Positions 13,966 to 28,714 of a stretch of DNA of 64,000 nt are shown here, in pieces. The notes beneath the pieces were generated by a model, which saw only the letters and a program-made list of their open reading frames with translations, had not been told where the DNA came from and made no database searches. Numbering within the stretch: position 1 is the first letter of the stretch; each line of letters begins with the position of its first letter. The stretch comes from Octopus vulgaris (Eukaryota): positions 66,092,001 to 66,156,000 of the forward strand of contig OX597822.1 in NCBI GenBank assembly GCA_951406725.2, read 5' to 3'. A program made the position numbers and the translations under genes.

Positions 13966-14939
13966 TAACGAAATATAATATGTTAAAAATATAGTCACTA
14001 ACAAATTATTCCACAGTTTAAGACCTAGTATAAATATGTTCATATGCGTCCACATCCAGGAGCAGTTATTGTTATTAGGTGACTTTTTTGTACAGATTTA
14101 CAGATTTACACTTAAAATTCTATACAGCTTCAGATCCAATTTTACGTATCCTAAAAATAGACTAAGTATGATTTTTGCATTTAAACTAATTTATATTCTA
14201 ACTTGAGATTTTGAATAACTGCAAAATATTTCATAAACCTCTTTTAATTTTAAATTCAATTTCATAATAAGTCAAATAACGCAAAATTGATAGGTGCGAA
14301 TTAGTAAATTACATTACCATATATTTAATTACATTATCACGAATAGTTATTCAGTTATTGGTTACTTCCAAAAGCTTTACTATGGTCTGCTACGATGTAC
14401 TTATACAACAAGAGTAGACGGAAAGCCTATTGGTGTAACGAGGAATACTTATAAGAAAAGCTTTTATGAATATCTTCATATATTTCAAAATCATGAATAG
14501 AATATAATGTCGCAGATTTCAACGTATATTTCGTTTTCAAAAGAAACAGCTCAAATGGAAGATACTTTAATATTCTTCCCACACACATAGAAGACTTCGT
14601 TTAAATTTCCTACGTCTCGAATTTTTCATTATTTGAAAATATTTAAGGCTTCAACAAACTATATACAATACTCTACTGTCATAGGCAGGCTTCGAATCAC
14701 GAAATTTCAAACAAAACGCATTACGCATATGACTCCAGACATATTTTAATAAACAGCACTTCTTAAAGGGTTATATTATTTTCGTGCATTTCTTTTGAAT
14801 GCGTGTGATAGTCACCTACAAATAACCCAATAGTTGAATCTAATTCATATTATCGATTATACATATATATATCTTATCGAAAATATATGTATACACACAC
14901 ACACACACACATATATATAAATATATATATATATAGTCA

Positions 14940-15471
<532 letters not shown>

Positions 15472-15965
15472 TACGTATAATTTGAAGATTATTGTAATCT
15501 ATTACTGTAAGGAGTTTGAAAATAGCAAAAAATATTGAAAGGATAAAATGGACACGAATGATTATATTTCTTCATCGTATCTCTTTAACATGTTTAGGTC
15601 TTTTAGCATAGGAAAGGTATATTATAATTATTTACTATCACATTAGTTACCAATATTTTATCATATCATTATATACGATTGATATTGATTTGCATAAGCT
15701 CATCTCATTTAGTTGAGAGGGAATCGAATATGGTTGTAAAAGAGTGGTAAACTAGTCAATAATTGTAATCATTCTACGCCATCTTATCCAGTGAATGCTT
15801 GATGTCCAAATACTTGAATGTATACTGAGAGATAGTCTTAGTCCGCTTGCCTTCGGACGGTTGATTTCTATAGTTGTTATCAGTGTATTTTGACGATTTT
15901 AATAAGAGCTTTCACATATTTTCAGCAGGTAAACATACGCAGCATGTCCTTTGATTAATTCACAA

Positions 15966-16072
<107 letters not shown>

Positions 16073-16091
16073 CAGAGAGACAGAGAGAGAA

Positions 16092-16155
<64 letters not shown>

Positions 16156-16423
16156 TCAGACAGACATTTGAATACACTGATATACACACACATGTGCACA
16201 CACCGTCATACATACATACAAGAACATACGGAGATATATTAATTGTATGCATGTGTAATTTAATGATACTCATAAGCAATTAATGCTAGTAAAGCAACCT
16301 ACGAACAATGCATGAATAAATTTCTATTAATGTTTTAAAACTGCGTTTATTTTTGTGTATATGTGCGTGACAAATGAATGTGTTTCTCTATGTATATGTT
16401 CATATGTGAGTATTAAGTCCAGA

Positions 16424-16473
<50 letters not shown>

Positions 16474-16580
16474 GGGAATTCCATATGTGTTGTTCGTCTG
16501 TGAGTATATATGTTGTGTGCGCTTTGTAGAAGTGAAAATGTACATTTGTGTGTACGCGCTTGCTTATATATATATGTGTG

Positions 16581-16638
<58 letters not shown>

Positions 16639-17215
16639 TGTATGTGTGTTTCTATATATGTATTGACATATTTGTGTATATTTCTTTTGTATTGGTAGAA
16701 ATATTTTAAATTAAAATGTGTGTTTCTAGCGGCATAGCATTCAATATGAAGAACGAAAATTGCTTTATGTTCCTTGAATAAATGTAAAGCTGCAATAACA
16801 ATACAAATTATCATCAATGAACACCGAGAAGAAGAATACTGCCACGTAAGCTACAACTGTAACAACAACAACAACAACAACAACAGCAACAACAAAAGCA
16901 TAGTTGCTATAACAGCACAAGCAGGATTTCCATGTACTAACGTCATTGCTTCTGTTGCTTTCGATGCTTATTTCATCTTATTCTGAAATCAATTATATTT
17001 ACATCCGGGTCACAGAATTTGCATATTGAAGACTATTATTTTTCTAGTATTTTTTTTTTACGTTGTGGCTATATGTGTCTGACAGAGAGAAAATGGAAGT
17101 ACATCTTTGTGTACGGTATATGAACATACACGCACGTACGTACTTACATTCATACATACGTATGTGTATATATGCATATATGTATGTATGTATGTATGTA
17201 TCTATCTATCTATCA

Positions 17216-17277
<62 letters not shown>

Positions 17278-17516
17278 CTGAATATACTTACATATACGTA
17301 CACACGCACATATATACATACATAATGCATATACAATACGTGCATACATATGTGTGTGTGTGAGAGAGGGAATGTATGTGTGCATACATGTACACACATA
17401 TATGTATATTTGCATACTCATCTCGTACGTAGTATAACCCTCTCACTCTCTCTATATATTATATATATGCGGCATACTTTATAGCTACTCACACACAAAA
17501 TCCTATATGTACCGTG

Positions 17517-17554
<38 letters not shown>

Positions 17555-17601
17555 CTGTATATATGTGTGTGTGAATGTATTTACATACACACACACATAC
17601 T

Positions 17602-17632
<31 letters not shown>

Positions 17633-17922
17633 ATGTATGTGTATTTATTAATACATATTCATACATTTCATTATGTTTTTGTATGCGTATTCTCTCTCAA
17701 TCCATTCGGTTACTGTTCAAGTCACGTCTTCTACAAAAGAACAATCCAATTATCAGAGCAATGTATAGATACGGCCTAGAGAGCTACTATAATGGGAGAC
17801 AACACAGTGAAATTAATACAATCACAGGTACACTAATATAATAAAACATTCACACAGCTATTTCTAATATTATCTCCAGCGGATTGTGGCACCTTGCTTT
17901 AGCGTGCAGAAACAAAGCTCCT

Positions 17923-17981
<59 letters not shown>

Positions 17982-18224
17982 TTCTCACTGTCCCTTTTTC
18001 TGTAACTCTCCCTCTCTTTGAATTTTTTCTCTCTTTTTCTGTACGTCTGTCTATCTGTTTTCACACACACACACACACACACACGCGTGCATGCAAAACG
18101 GAACGCACATCCCACCCACCTATTTGAATATGTGTGCGTGCGTGGGTATGTATATGTCTACAAATCATTGGCAATCGACCTATATATAGAATAAACTATC
18201 GCTACCCCCACCACTATCGACACC

Positions 18225-18254
18225 GGCACAACTATTATCATCACCATCTTCATC

Positions 18255-18286
<32 letters not shown>

Positions 18287-18619
18287 AATCAACATCATCA
18301 ACGTCATCATCTTCGTCATCATCATCGCCACCAACAACAACAACACCAACATCATCATCACCTTCATCGTCGTTGTCGTCATCATCATAATCATCACCAG
18401 CGTAATCATTATCATCATCATCATCACCGCCATCAAAATCATCATTATTATGATTGTTGTTATGATTAATTCTATTTTTGTTGTAATCAGCATTTTTATT
18501 GTTACCATTGTTATTATTATCATTATCATTATTATTATTATTGTTGTTGTTGTTTTTGCTGTTTTTGTTATTGTTATTATTATTATTATTATTGTTATTA
18601 TTATTATTATTATTATTAT

Positions 18620-18668
<49 letters not shown>

Positions 18669-18720
18669 TGTATCATTATTATACTTGTTATTTTGATTAT
18701 ATTTATCATAATCGTCATCG

Positions 18721-18769
<49 letters not shown>

Positions 18770-18800
18770 CATTTAAATTTTTATTGTTATTATTATTGCT
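18225..18800. repeat. Compound trinucleotide microsatellite (CAT/TAT/TGT/TAG)
   Basis: Read directly; explains the poly-H/I/N/D ORFs here. Confidence 0.95.
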
Positions 18801-19779
18801 GTTCTTGTCATCAGTGTTATAGCTGTATTGGTTGCTGTTGATTTTTCCTGTTTCTATTTTTGTCATTCCTCTTATATTTAATATTACCCACGTGATCCAA
18901 TTTTCCTGACTCAGCGAAGCCAGTTCTTTATTTTTCTTTCTTTTTTTTTTTTTTTTGTAGTTCACTCAGCAATAGATGTGCATCTGCGTGTATGTTTGTG
19001 CAAGTGAATGATTATATATACCATTTCGCTTCTGAGTACATTTTTTTTATGTCAGATCGGACTCTTTTACCGGTAATCACTTTTAACGCGGTAGCTCAAA
19101 TTCGAGTACTAAGAAAGATCTTCTTGTGCTAGATTTTTAAAATTTATTTTAGAAGCATTCATCACTAAACATATCAGCAGGTAACAAGCTGACAATTTCA
19201 GAATAAAAAAATTAAACACTCAGCAATTTAATGCAATAGTATGTTGCAACCTTAAAATAGTCAACACGTTTTACTATAATGCCTGATTTTCAAGATAATA
19301 CAAAATCCATTAATCTTAATTAAAATCTGTATTTAAATAATAATTCTACTATAAAGAGATCAAAATTTCTAGTTTCATCGAGTAATCTCGCCACTAATAT
19401 GCGTTTTAAAGTAAAGCATTAAATATCATAAACATATTCAACTTGATAAGAATAAATGGAAAAACTGCTTAGCTGGTTTAATGTTCCTTTTCTTCGCAAG
19501 ATTTGTGCCTAAATTGAAATTGTGTTCCACTATTAAAACTGCTCCTTTCCTTTATCTGCCTATCTCTCTTTCTCTGTCTGTTTCTGTATGTCTTTCGCTG
19601 TCTTTCATTCTCTGTCTTCCTGCACAAAGACGCATAAGCACGCCTGGTAGTTCCCTTCATTTCCTTTTCAGTTGCAGATTTGCATTGACAGTAAATCTAC
19701 GAAGGATGAATGATGTGCATAACATAGCATTTTGTGTCGCGTGTTAAGAAGTAACCTAAAATTTATTTTTACATTTATG

Positions 19780-20117
19780 GACATATACTTGCATAGCAAG
19801 TGACCTGATCTGAGATCGTGTGCTGGAAAGAAAACAATTGCAGCGTGGAATGTATTTATAAGCCATTTAAGAAACATACAAAGACCGTTATATTCACTTC
19901 AACATTTAAATTTAATTTGCCAAAATATTTTCGTCGCTTTGAGACTGCGGCCTGTTCACTGACAAATTCCGGCTGCATAGAATTTTGTCAGTGAACAGGT
20001 CGCGGTCTCATAGCGACGAAAATTTTTTTGCAAATTAAATTTAAATGTTGAAGTAAATCTAACGGTTTTTGTGTGTTCCTTAAATGGCTTATAAACACCT
20101 TCCACGCTGCAATTGTT
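19780..20117. mobile_element. Long inverted repeat (about 135-bp arms) carrying two hammerhead-like motifs, Penelope-type inverted terminus
   Basis: 19833-19968 is the reverse complement of 19981-20117 with scattered mismatches and a spacer of about 12 nt. Confidence 0.85.
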
Positions 20118-20324
20118 ATTTTTACATTGCTGTACAAATAATCCATTACCTCGGTATTTGTAAAATAAGCAGCTAAGGTGAAACTTCTCAGTAGTTACTC
20201 AAGTCTCCATAACATAACTCAAGTTTCCATAATATTACTCGGTGAGACATGCCAAACTATTTTATTAGTTGGTGACATTTGGTCAAAATAATATAGCATA
20301 CTTTATCTTGATTTTTTATTTCGC

Positions 20325-20716
20325 CTTTTACTTGTTTCATTAATTTGGCTGCGGCCATACCGGGGCACCGACTTGAAGAATTTTAGTCGAGCAAAATCGA
20401 CCCCAGGATATATTTTAAAGCCTTAGATTTATTTATCGATCTATTAAGCTGAACTACTAATTTACAGACATAAACACACCAACATCGTTTGTCAACTGAT
20501 TGGCAGGGACAAACGTTGACACAAAGATGCAAACACATAGATATATACATGTATATATATTCGACAGGCTTCTTTCAGTTTCCGTCTACCAAATCCCCTT
20601 GTGAGGGGATTTGGTAGACGGAAACTGAAAGAAGGATTTGGTAGATGTAACACGGAATTGGACTGAACCCAAAACCATGTGCTTTACAAGCAAGTTTTTT
20701 ACCACACAGTCACTCC
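20325..20716 (-). mobile_element. SINE family A with internal fold-back rearrangement
   Basis: Family A tail, body and head are present; perfect 31-bp hairpin at 20569-20634. Confidence 0.85.
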
Positions 20717-21234
20717 AATGTAATACCTTACCCTCGATATCATATCAAATTTTTAAGCGTATATTGGGAATATCTAAGGAGACATATCCAACTAAAGAGT
20801 GTGAACGACAACCATTTTCCCATTAAATCGGTTGTTTATTGCAAATATGATATACACAATTGAACATAATCATTAATTTCGTATTATTATGTAGGCACAC
20901 TGATGTATTCTATTACCTATCTTAAAAGATGACTGTCAGAGTGAAAATCGAATGCAAGTAACCGTTTGAACTTTTGGGAAATTGCGTAGTAATACACTAA
21001 AGAGTCATAAATCTGAATTCACATTATATCATCCCATAGGCCATACCATGTTTGGTTATTTCAAATGTGCACCACAGATATAAATATCAAAAATTATTAA
21101 ATCCTATAAATAACAAAGACTAATTTTAAGTCCGTTGAAAGCACATATTCGTCAGGTTGTATTTGCAAATCAGTTACTTCAAGTTACAGCTAAAAGTACG
21201 AACAGATGTAAACAGATATGTCATTATTAAGAAA

Positions 21235-21778
21235 CGAGCAAAAAGCCCCCCGTCCAATGAACGGTGCTGAACCATATTTGCTGAATAAAAAGCAATCAGT
21301 GTTTTCTTTTCATTAAAAAATAATTAAGCATGCCTTTATTTCAATAAAATTTTTGGTTTTGTTAAACCAAGTTAAGGCAAAAAAAATAAAAACTTCTTGA
21401 GAAACAAAATAGTCTTTCCTTCCTTCATGCCAAGTTTGAAGAAAATATCCCTTGCATCTTACTTTATTGGTCTTTTAAATATGCTGCATTTGGTGGCATT
21501 ATTTCAAGCCAGCTGGCTTCTTTTGCGCAAACTACACGTGCATTTTTCTCGCGTACGCGTAGTATCGATCGCAACAGCTTGCGCATACAAATGCACGTTC
21601 CTACGGCTTTATCGATCCCATTCTCACCTGGAATCGATTTTTGTAATATTTGCAAGACTTATACACGCCCTGATTCCGTCGGTATCTACATATCAAATTT
21701 GAGCGCAATCGGATGGAGGATGTCCCAGATCCTAGAAGACACACACACAGACAGACAGAACGGATTTTATATAATAGA
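21235..21778 (-). mobile_element. Non-autonomous Helitron-like element
   Basis: Minus strand begins A|TCTATTATATAAAA followed by (CTGT)n/(GT)n and ends with hairpin CCGTTC-ATTG-GACGG then CTCG|T (CTRR variant). Confidence 0.6.
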
Positions 21779-22188
21779 TGTGTTAAATTATATTACTTAT
21801 GTCAGACACCATAGAAAAGAAATCTATGGTAGTCGCCAACAGATTCCGTGACGAACGGATCGGTCTACGCGAAGTAATCAGCAAGTCTCTCTAAAATCCG
21901 AAACTATCGTGTTAAACAAAAATATTAAACATGTAGTTAATACTGAAATGCGTGGGAAACGATTTTTAAAAAAAGACAACATGGACGGTCGCAGCTTGAC
22001 TAGCATGCAGCATTGTTCTTCTCAAAGAACTCTAACTTTATGATCCAAATATAGAAAGAGGATATATCTAAAGGTATATTTAATAATCACTCCTTCCTTA
22101 GTAACGCCATAGCGAAAGATTCTCGTAAACAAACATATTAGCATAAAGATTCAAATGACACACGTGAACATAAATATACGCATTCAGA

Positions 22189-22220
<32 letters not shown>

Positions 22221-22261
22221 CTGTCTGTCTGTGTCTCTCCCCCATACACTAACACATATAT

Positions 22262-22475
22262 ACTCTTTTACTCTTTTACTTGTTTCAGTCATATGACTGT
22301 GGCCATGATGGAGTACCGCCTTTAGTCGAGCAAATCGACCCCAGGACATATTCTTTGTAAGCCTAGTACTTATTCTATCGGTTTTTTTGCCGAACTGCTA
22401 AGTTACGGGGACGTAAACACACCAGCATTGGTTGTCAAGTGATGTGGGGGGTGGAACAAACACAGGCACAGAAAT
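22262..22475 (-). mobile_element. SINE family A, 3' half
   Basis: Family A tail and body up to the internal microsatellite. Confidence 0.9.
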
Positions 22476-22529
22476 ATATATACACACACATACATATACA
22501 TGTACATATACATAGATGTGTGAATAAAT

Positions 22530-22598
22530 AATTTCACGTGCAGCCTACGCCGTTGATCAAGTCAGCTCAAATACTCGTCGTCGTAACCGACGGAGTCC
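22530..22598 (+). mobile_element. SINE family C 3' fragment
   Basis: Matches 24904-24972 (ATTTCACG...CCGTTGATC...CTCGTCGTCGTA). Confidence 0.7.
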
Positions 22599-23540
22599 CT
22601 GCCTATACTGAAACGTATATGAAACGTACGTGAAAATGAAGAACATTGCCGCCGCATACCTCAGATTTGAAACCAGAATAGGGAACTAAATATATCGCAG
22701 TCACATTCACAGATCCTCTTTCCAAATGCTTCTCGAAATCGTAACAAAATGAATGAATGGATGAATGAGAGAAGTAATAAATATAAATAAATAAATGAAT
22801 ACAGTCAGTACATATGTAACATAACTATAAAGCTGGTTCTTCGAATGATGGCAACACACGTGAAGCAGTTTTCAATTGGGAGTCAAATAGTGACTCGGAG
22901 TCGGTCAACCGAGAAATCACGATGGCTCCACGTCATTCACAATAACAACAACCGCAAAGAAAAACAAGATTGGATATAAAGCTATTGCAAAAAATATAAA
23001 ACAGTAGCAAAGTATCAAAACCAGAATTGATAACAAAAATTTTAGTTAACCATAGGAAAATATGGTTTATAAAAAAGCGTGAATGTGTTTATTTCATCGT
23101 TTTTACCTGCCAATTTAAAAGGATTTGCTGTTGAAGCAATGAATATCGTGCTTTTCTTTGCATGTGTATGTGTGTGGCTTTGCGTTTGCGTGTGGGTCTG
23201 TGTCTGTGTGTGTGTGTGTGTGTGTGTGTTTGTGTTTGTGTGTGTAAGTAGTTTTATGTAGTGTGAAAACTACATGACATGGTACACTGCCATTTTGACA
23301 TAATTTTATTATCTTTTCAGATGTCTGTAAACCTTTACATCTTTGACTTCCTCTTCATTTTTATAGTGTGATTTCCCTGTACAAAATCATACGAAGAGTG
23401 ACACATAATATACCCACTAGTGTCTATCACTTATACATATATTCGAACATATATACGTACGTATATTTGAAAATACACATACACACGTATAAATATAAGT
23501 GTATATATATAAATATATATGTGTGTGCATACATACATGC

Positions 23541-23593
<53 letters not shown>

Positions 23594-23660
23594 GGTATAC
23601 ACACACATACGTATATGTACAGATATATAGATATGAAGATATGTATATATATATATACAC

Positions 23661-23723
<63 letters not shown>

Positions 23724-24624
23724 TGTGTGAGAGTGTGTGTATGTTTGCGTATAATTATAGTGTTATTTCATATGCGAATATCTTTGAATAGCGCCCGAGC
23801 TACGCTGGTATAATATTACTCAAACAGTGATGTGTATTTTAATAATGAAAAAAATAATAAAACATAGGTATGATTTAAAGATGGTATGGCAGAGTAATTT
23901 AATCTACCTGGATATCTGTCTGCCAGAGTATAGCAAATCACAAGATTTATGTACAAATATATAAATAAATAGATAAATAAATAAATGAATGAAAAAAATA
24001 CAATAATCTTGTACTAAAAATAACAAAGTGTTACTTTTCTATTCCATGAAAGCTGATTCTGGTAAAATCATTATATTAGCTATTATAGAGATTAAAATGA
24101 GACTAAATAATAACCGTAAAATTTAGTTTCTGATAATATTTCTGTAAGAGCTTGAAAATCTATCTCTGTTAAAGACGGAATATGTGAAAACCTGCAGTCT
24201 TTACCTTGATAACATACTGGATATGTTATAATGGATAATAAAATCTAGATAATTAATTTGATAAATTTGCCAGCCTAAAAACGTTGACATGATAAGAATA
24301 ACAGAATATACACCGAGAGAAAATTCAGTACATAATGTTATTGATAAATACAAATATATAATGTGATAGCGAAGTGTAATTCCCCAAAAATGTTCTATAA
24401 AATGCCGGGGCTTTTGGCATATATTCAATTATTGAATGTAATATAGAATATTAGTTTCAAGAATCGTTTTGTATTGTCGTTTTTTTGTAGTTGTTATTGT
24501 TATTGCTCTACTTTTGGTCCATGTCAGTCATGATGGAGCAGCCTTACTTATGAGGGAGAGTCTTCTGGGCACACACACGCTCATATGCATACATATATGT
24601 ATATACATATATAAATATACGTAT

Positions 24625-24975
24625 GGCGGCGCAACGGCCCAGTGGTTAACGCAACGGACTCGCGGTCGTAGGATCGCGTTGTGTTTGTTGATCGAAAGCA
24701 CCTAAAGCTCCACGAGGCTCCAGCCGAGGATGGTGGCGAACCCTGCTGTATTATTTCACCATAACTTTCTCTCTTTCTTCCTGTTTCAGTTGTACCTGTA
24801 TTTCAAAGGGCCAGCCATGACACACACTGTGTCACACTGAATCTTACTGAGAATTACATTAAGGGTACACGTGTCTATGGTGTGCTCAGCCACTTGCACG
24901 TTAATTTCACGAGGAGGCTATTCCGTTGATCGGATCAACTGGAATCCTCGTCGTCGTAGCTGTCGGAGTGCCACG
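24625..24975 (+). mobile_element. tRNA-derived SINE family C (B box deleted in this copy)
   Basis: Head GGCGGCGCAACGGCCCAGTGGTTAACGC is shared with 57442-57758; body is shared with 50527-50717. Confidence 0.85.
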
Positions 24976-24979
24976 GCGA

Positions 24980-25016
<37 letters not shown>

Positions 25017-25019
25017 TGC

Positions 25020-25560
25020 CGTAACTTGAGACAATCCAACGCCACTACACAACGAAGATTGACTCGGTGACATTGATGAACTAGAAAAAAATACTACAAG
25101 CACTGAAGCTCCTTGGAGAGAAGGCAAGTAAGGTATGCACTGGTATATACGTGGAAGATCTGAGACGGTCTAGCTCCCAACTTTGGAATTAAAAGCTATG
25201 CCCACCACCGAAAAGGACGGGGCACTGCATAATACAAGAGACGGCGTCTTATTCATCTCGGTAAGGGTCGTGTAGTGTAAAGAGCTTGTTTTTTAGAGTA
25301 CCACAACTGTTTCACATCCTATCGAGCAACGTCCGACATTTGCGAGATGCAGATGTGAAAACCTCAAAAGGACCTCAAAAATTTCTATCTGAATATCCCA
25401 GTTGAACCCCTATTGCTGTTGGTGGCACAAAGAAGAGCAGCGCCGTGCAACTCGCTTCTTCACCAAAAATGGCACAGAAGGGAGAACAAATAGCACTGAT
25501 AGGCAGTATAGTAGCATGTCACAGGCCTCTCGCTGGAACTAGTAAAATAGTTAAAGCGTA
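25020..25560 (+). mobile_element. Decayed CR1-like LINE 3' end (RT C-terminus and UTR)
   Basis: Broken translation RRQVRYALVYTWKI*DGLAPNFGI ... PQLFHIL ... RAAPCNSLLHQ resembles CR1-group ORF2 ends. Confidence 0.65.
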
Positions 25561-25762
25561 TATTATGTACACATATATACATGGTATGGGTGTGTGTGTG
25601 TGTGTGTGTGTGAGTGTGTTTGTGCGTGTGTGCGTGTATGTATGTATGTATGTATGTATGTATGTATGTATGTATGTATGTAGCTTCTTGCTTTGATGAG
25701 TTATAAGTGAAGCCATAGTATTCATTCATCACCGATGGACGAAAATTATCAATTTAGGCATC

Positions 25763-25840
<78 letters not shown>

Positions 25841-26247
25841 AATTATTGTTATTTATTTTTGCATCTTATTTATTTATTTACATCTTTATATATTTAGATA
25901 TAAGGGCATCGTCAAATCTGAAGAGAGACCGTTCATGTGTAGATGTCTATATGCATGCACACATATGTCGATTGAATATGCATCCATATGCTATATACGT
26001 ATTTATGTATACACACATATATGCCCATACACATACGCCTAGAGACCTATATGCACTTATGCGTACATACATACAACATACTTAAGATATGTATGTATAT
26101 ATATATATATATGCGTGCCTGTGTTTATATATATATATATACATGTATATATACGTATACATATATAAATGTATGTATATGTATATAAGTATATATATAT
26201 ATATATAAATGTATATCTATAAGTATATATATATATATCTATATATG

Positions 26248-26341
<94 letters not shown>

Positions 26342-27646
26342 GCATGTATGTTTTTCTTTAAAAGAATGTATTTGCAGCTTCCAGTATTCAGTTCAAAGAC
26401 TGTTGGTTTCAGACGAATATAATACTCAATATTTACTTCAGGCTACGTACTTAAAACAAGTTAAGATATTTCGCCTGTGTTTGAAAGCAATGATCAAAAC
26501 AGTGACTTTATTTCCACAAGTACATTTCACCTCTTCAACTTTCTGAACTATTATTTAAACTTTATAGGTTAGTAACAGGTGAGAAGAGCATATCTCTATG
26601 ATGTGAAGCGAAATATTTCCTACTTGTTACAGAAATCCCAAAATAACAAAACAATGGACATCTCTCTTGTCGTGAGCCTTTCTCTTTATATCGTCTTAAA
26701 ACAAACTGTGACATGAATGTATAAATATACTGTCAAGTGAACTCAATGTGCAGCGCCAATCAAGTAGTCACATTAAACATGAGCGCCATTGTAGAGCTGA
26801 AATTAACAATACACTAAGAATAGAATTCAACGCAGGTGGCGACTTACTGTAAACGAAAAAACAAGGGAACGTGGAAATATACTAGCTTCAAATATTGTGT
26901 CTCTTGTCTGCGAAGAGGTTATTGAAAGAAAAAAAAAAGTGCCAGATGTTTAGTGTTGTTCTGAGAGCGCCCATCAACGCCACTTGTTCCCAGTGTTAAA
27001 ACAGACGTCGGCTAAATGAGATTTATCATATTGTGAGCAAGGGCTTAGATGAAGCAAAATAAACATACTTTCTCTTTCCTCCCGGCGAGAGCAAACACCT
27101 GCAGCCTGAAGAATGAGTATTTTGTCCAATTTTTTTTCTTTATTTCATTTATGTTTATATAGTCGACCGGGAGACTAAGTTCAGTCAGACGCCTTTCAGG
27201 CGAGTGACGGATTGGTGTGACAATATCTTGTGCAGCTCCAGTAATAAGGACAAAAGAAGCGAAACATTAAAAAATACTGGGTAATAAAAGCAGGTAATTA
27301 ATTGATCGAATGACTGCATTAACACAAAGTCATGCACTCGGTATAAATGAAGATTTTCTATTTAAAATTTTAAAAAGAAAATTGATACGCAACAAGTTTA
27401 ATGAAACAAGAGCAGATAAAAAAGTGACAATGTTTGCATGTTTATCATTTCATTTTCTAATAAATAAAATATATTTTAATGAGTAACGCAAAATGCAGGG
27501 AACTAAGAGTAGTGGAAATGTCCATACTTGTATGAAAAGACACGCGTGGGCACAATTCAGGCAATACACACACACACACATATAAATTTAAAATGAGGGT
27601 GAGATATTAGATATTAATTTAATTAACATCGATTTCACACCAGTGG

Positions 27647-27682
<36 letters not shown>

Positions 27683-27685
<3 letters not shown>

Positions 27686-27897
27686 TTTTATTCTTTTATT
27701 TGTTTCAGTCATTTGAGCGCAGCCATGCTGGAGCACCACCTTTAGTCGAATAAATCGCTCCTAGGACTTATACTTTGTAAGCCTGGTACTTATTCTATCG
27801 ATCTCTTTTGCCGAACCACTGAGTTACGGGGACTGCAACACAACGGCATCGGTTGTCAAGCGATAGTGGGGGTACTAACACAGACACACAAACACAC

Positions 27898-27898
<1 letters not shown>
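27683..27898 (-). mobile_element. SINE family A, 3' half
   Basis: Family A tail and body. Confidence 0.88.
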
Positions 27899-27930
<32 letters not shown>

Positions 27931-28187
27931 CTTGTGTTTGTGTGCGCGTGTGTGTGTGTGTGTTTGTGAGTGTGTATGTATGCCCACATACTTATATATG
28001 AGAACTTCCCTTGTGCTTCTGACTACATCATAAAATGCACAGATGCACACACGTAGGCATGAAACTATGCATTTTAAATAAGTTCTGTGTATCACATTTT
28101 GGTTATCATTAAGAGGAGTAAATAGGTAGTAAATAGGTAGTGGGAGAAGCAATCTTTCCATTTGTAGCTACTCGAAAATAATCTATT

Positions 28188-28237
<50 letters not shown>

Positions 28238-28368
28238 CATATATGTGTGTGTGTGTGTGTGTGAGAAAGCGCTAATACATGATCTAAGTCATATGATGTA
28301 TAAAAAATGTAATATACAATTAAATATCTGTAAATATAAACCATCCGATTTTCTGAGTACCTCATTTC

Positions 28369-28414
<46 letters not shown>

Positions 28415-28447
28415 CGTATGTATATATATGTATTATATATATATATG

Positions 28448-28544
<97 letters not shown>

Positions 28545-28714
28545 GTATGTATGTATGCAGTATGTATACATCGTTAAACAAATATACATGTGTAAGTATA
28601 AGTATAAACATGCACTAATACTCTACTTTAAAACGGAGGAGAATGTTAATTGATGGTCTATGGAGAGTTGTACTCTACTCTTAGTCATTTGGGACAACAA
28701 TAATTTTGTCATAG

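Noticed and set aside
18134-18965. Poly-His, poly-Asn, poly-Asp and poly-Ile ORFs up to 261 aa
   Set aside because: Compound trinucleotide repeats open in several frames on both strands, with no domain content.
26900-27260. Unique GC-richer patch as a possible exon or promoter
   Set aside because: No consistent open frame with splice sites and no recognisable motif; it cannot be supported from sequence alone.
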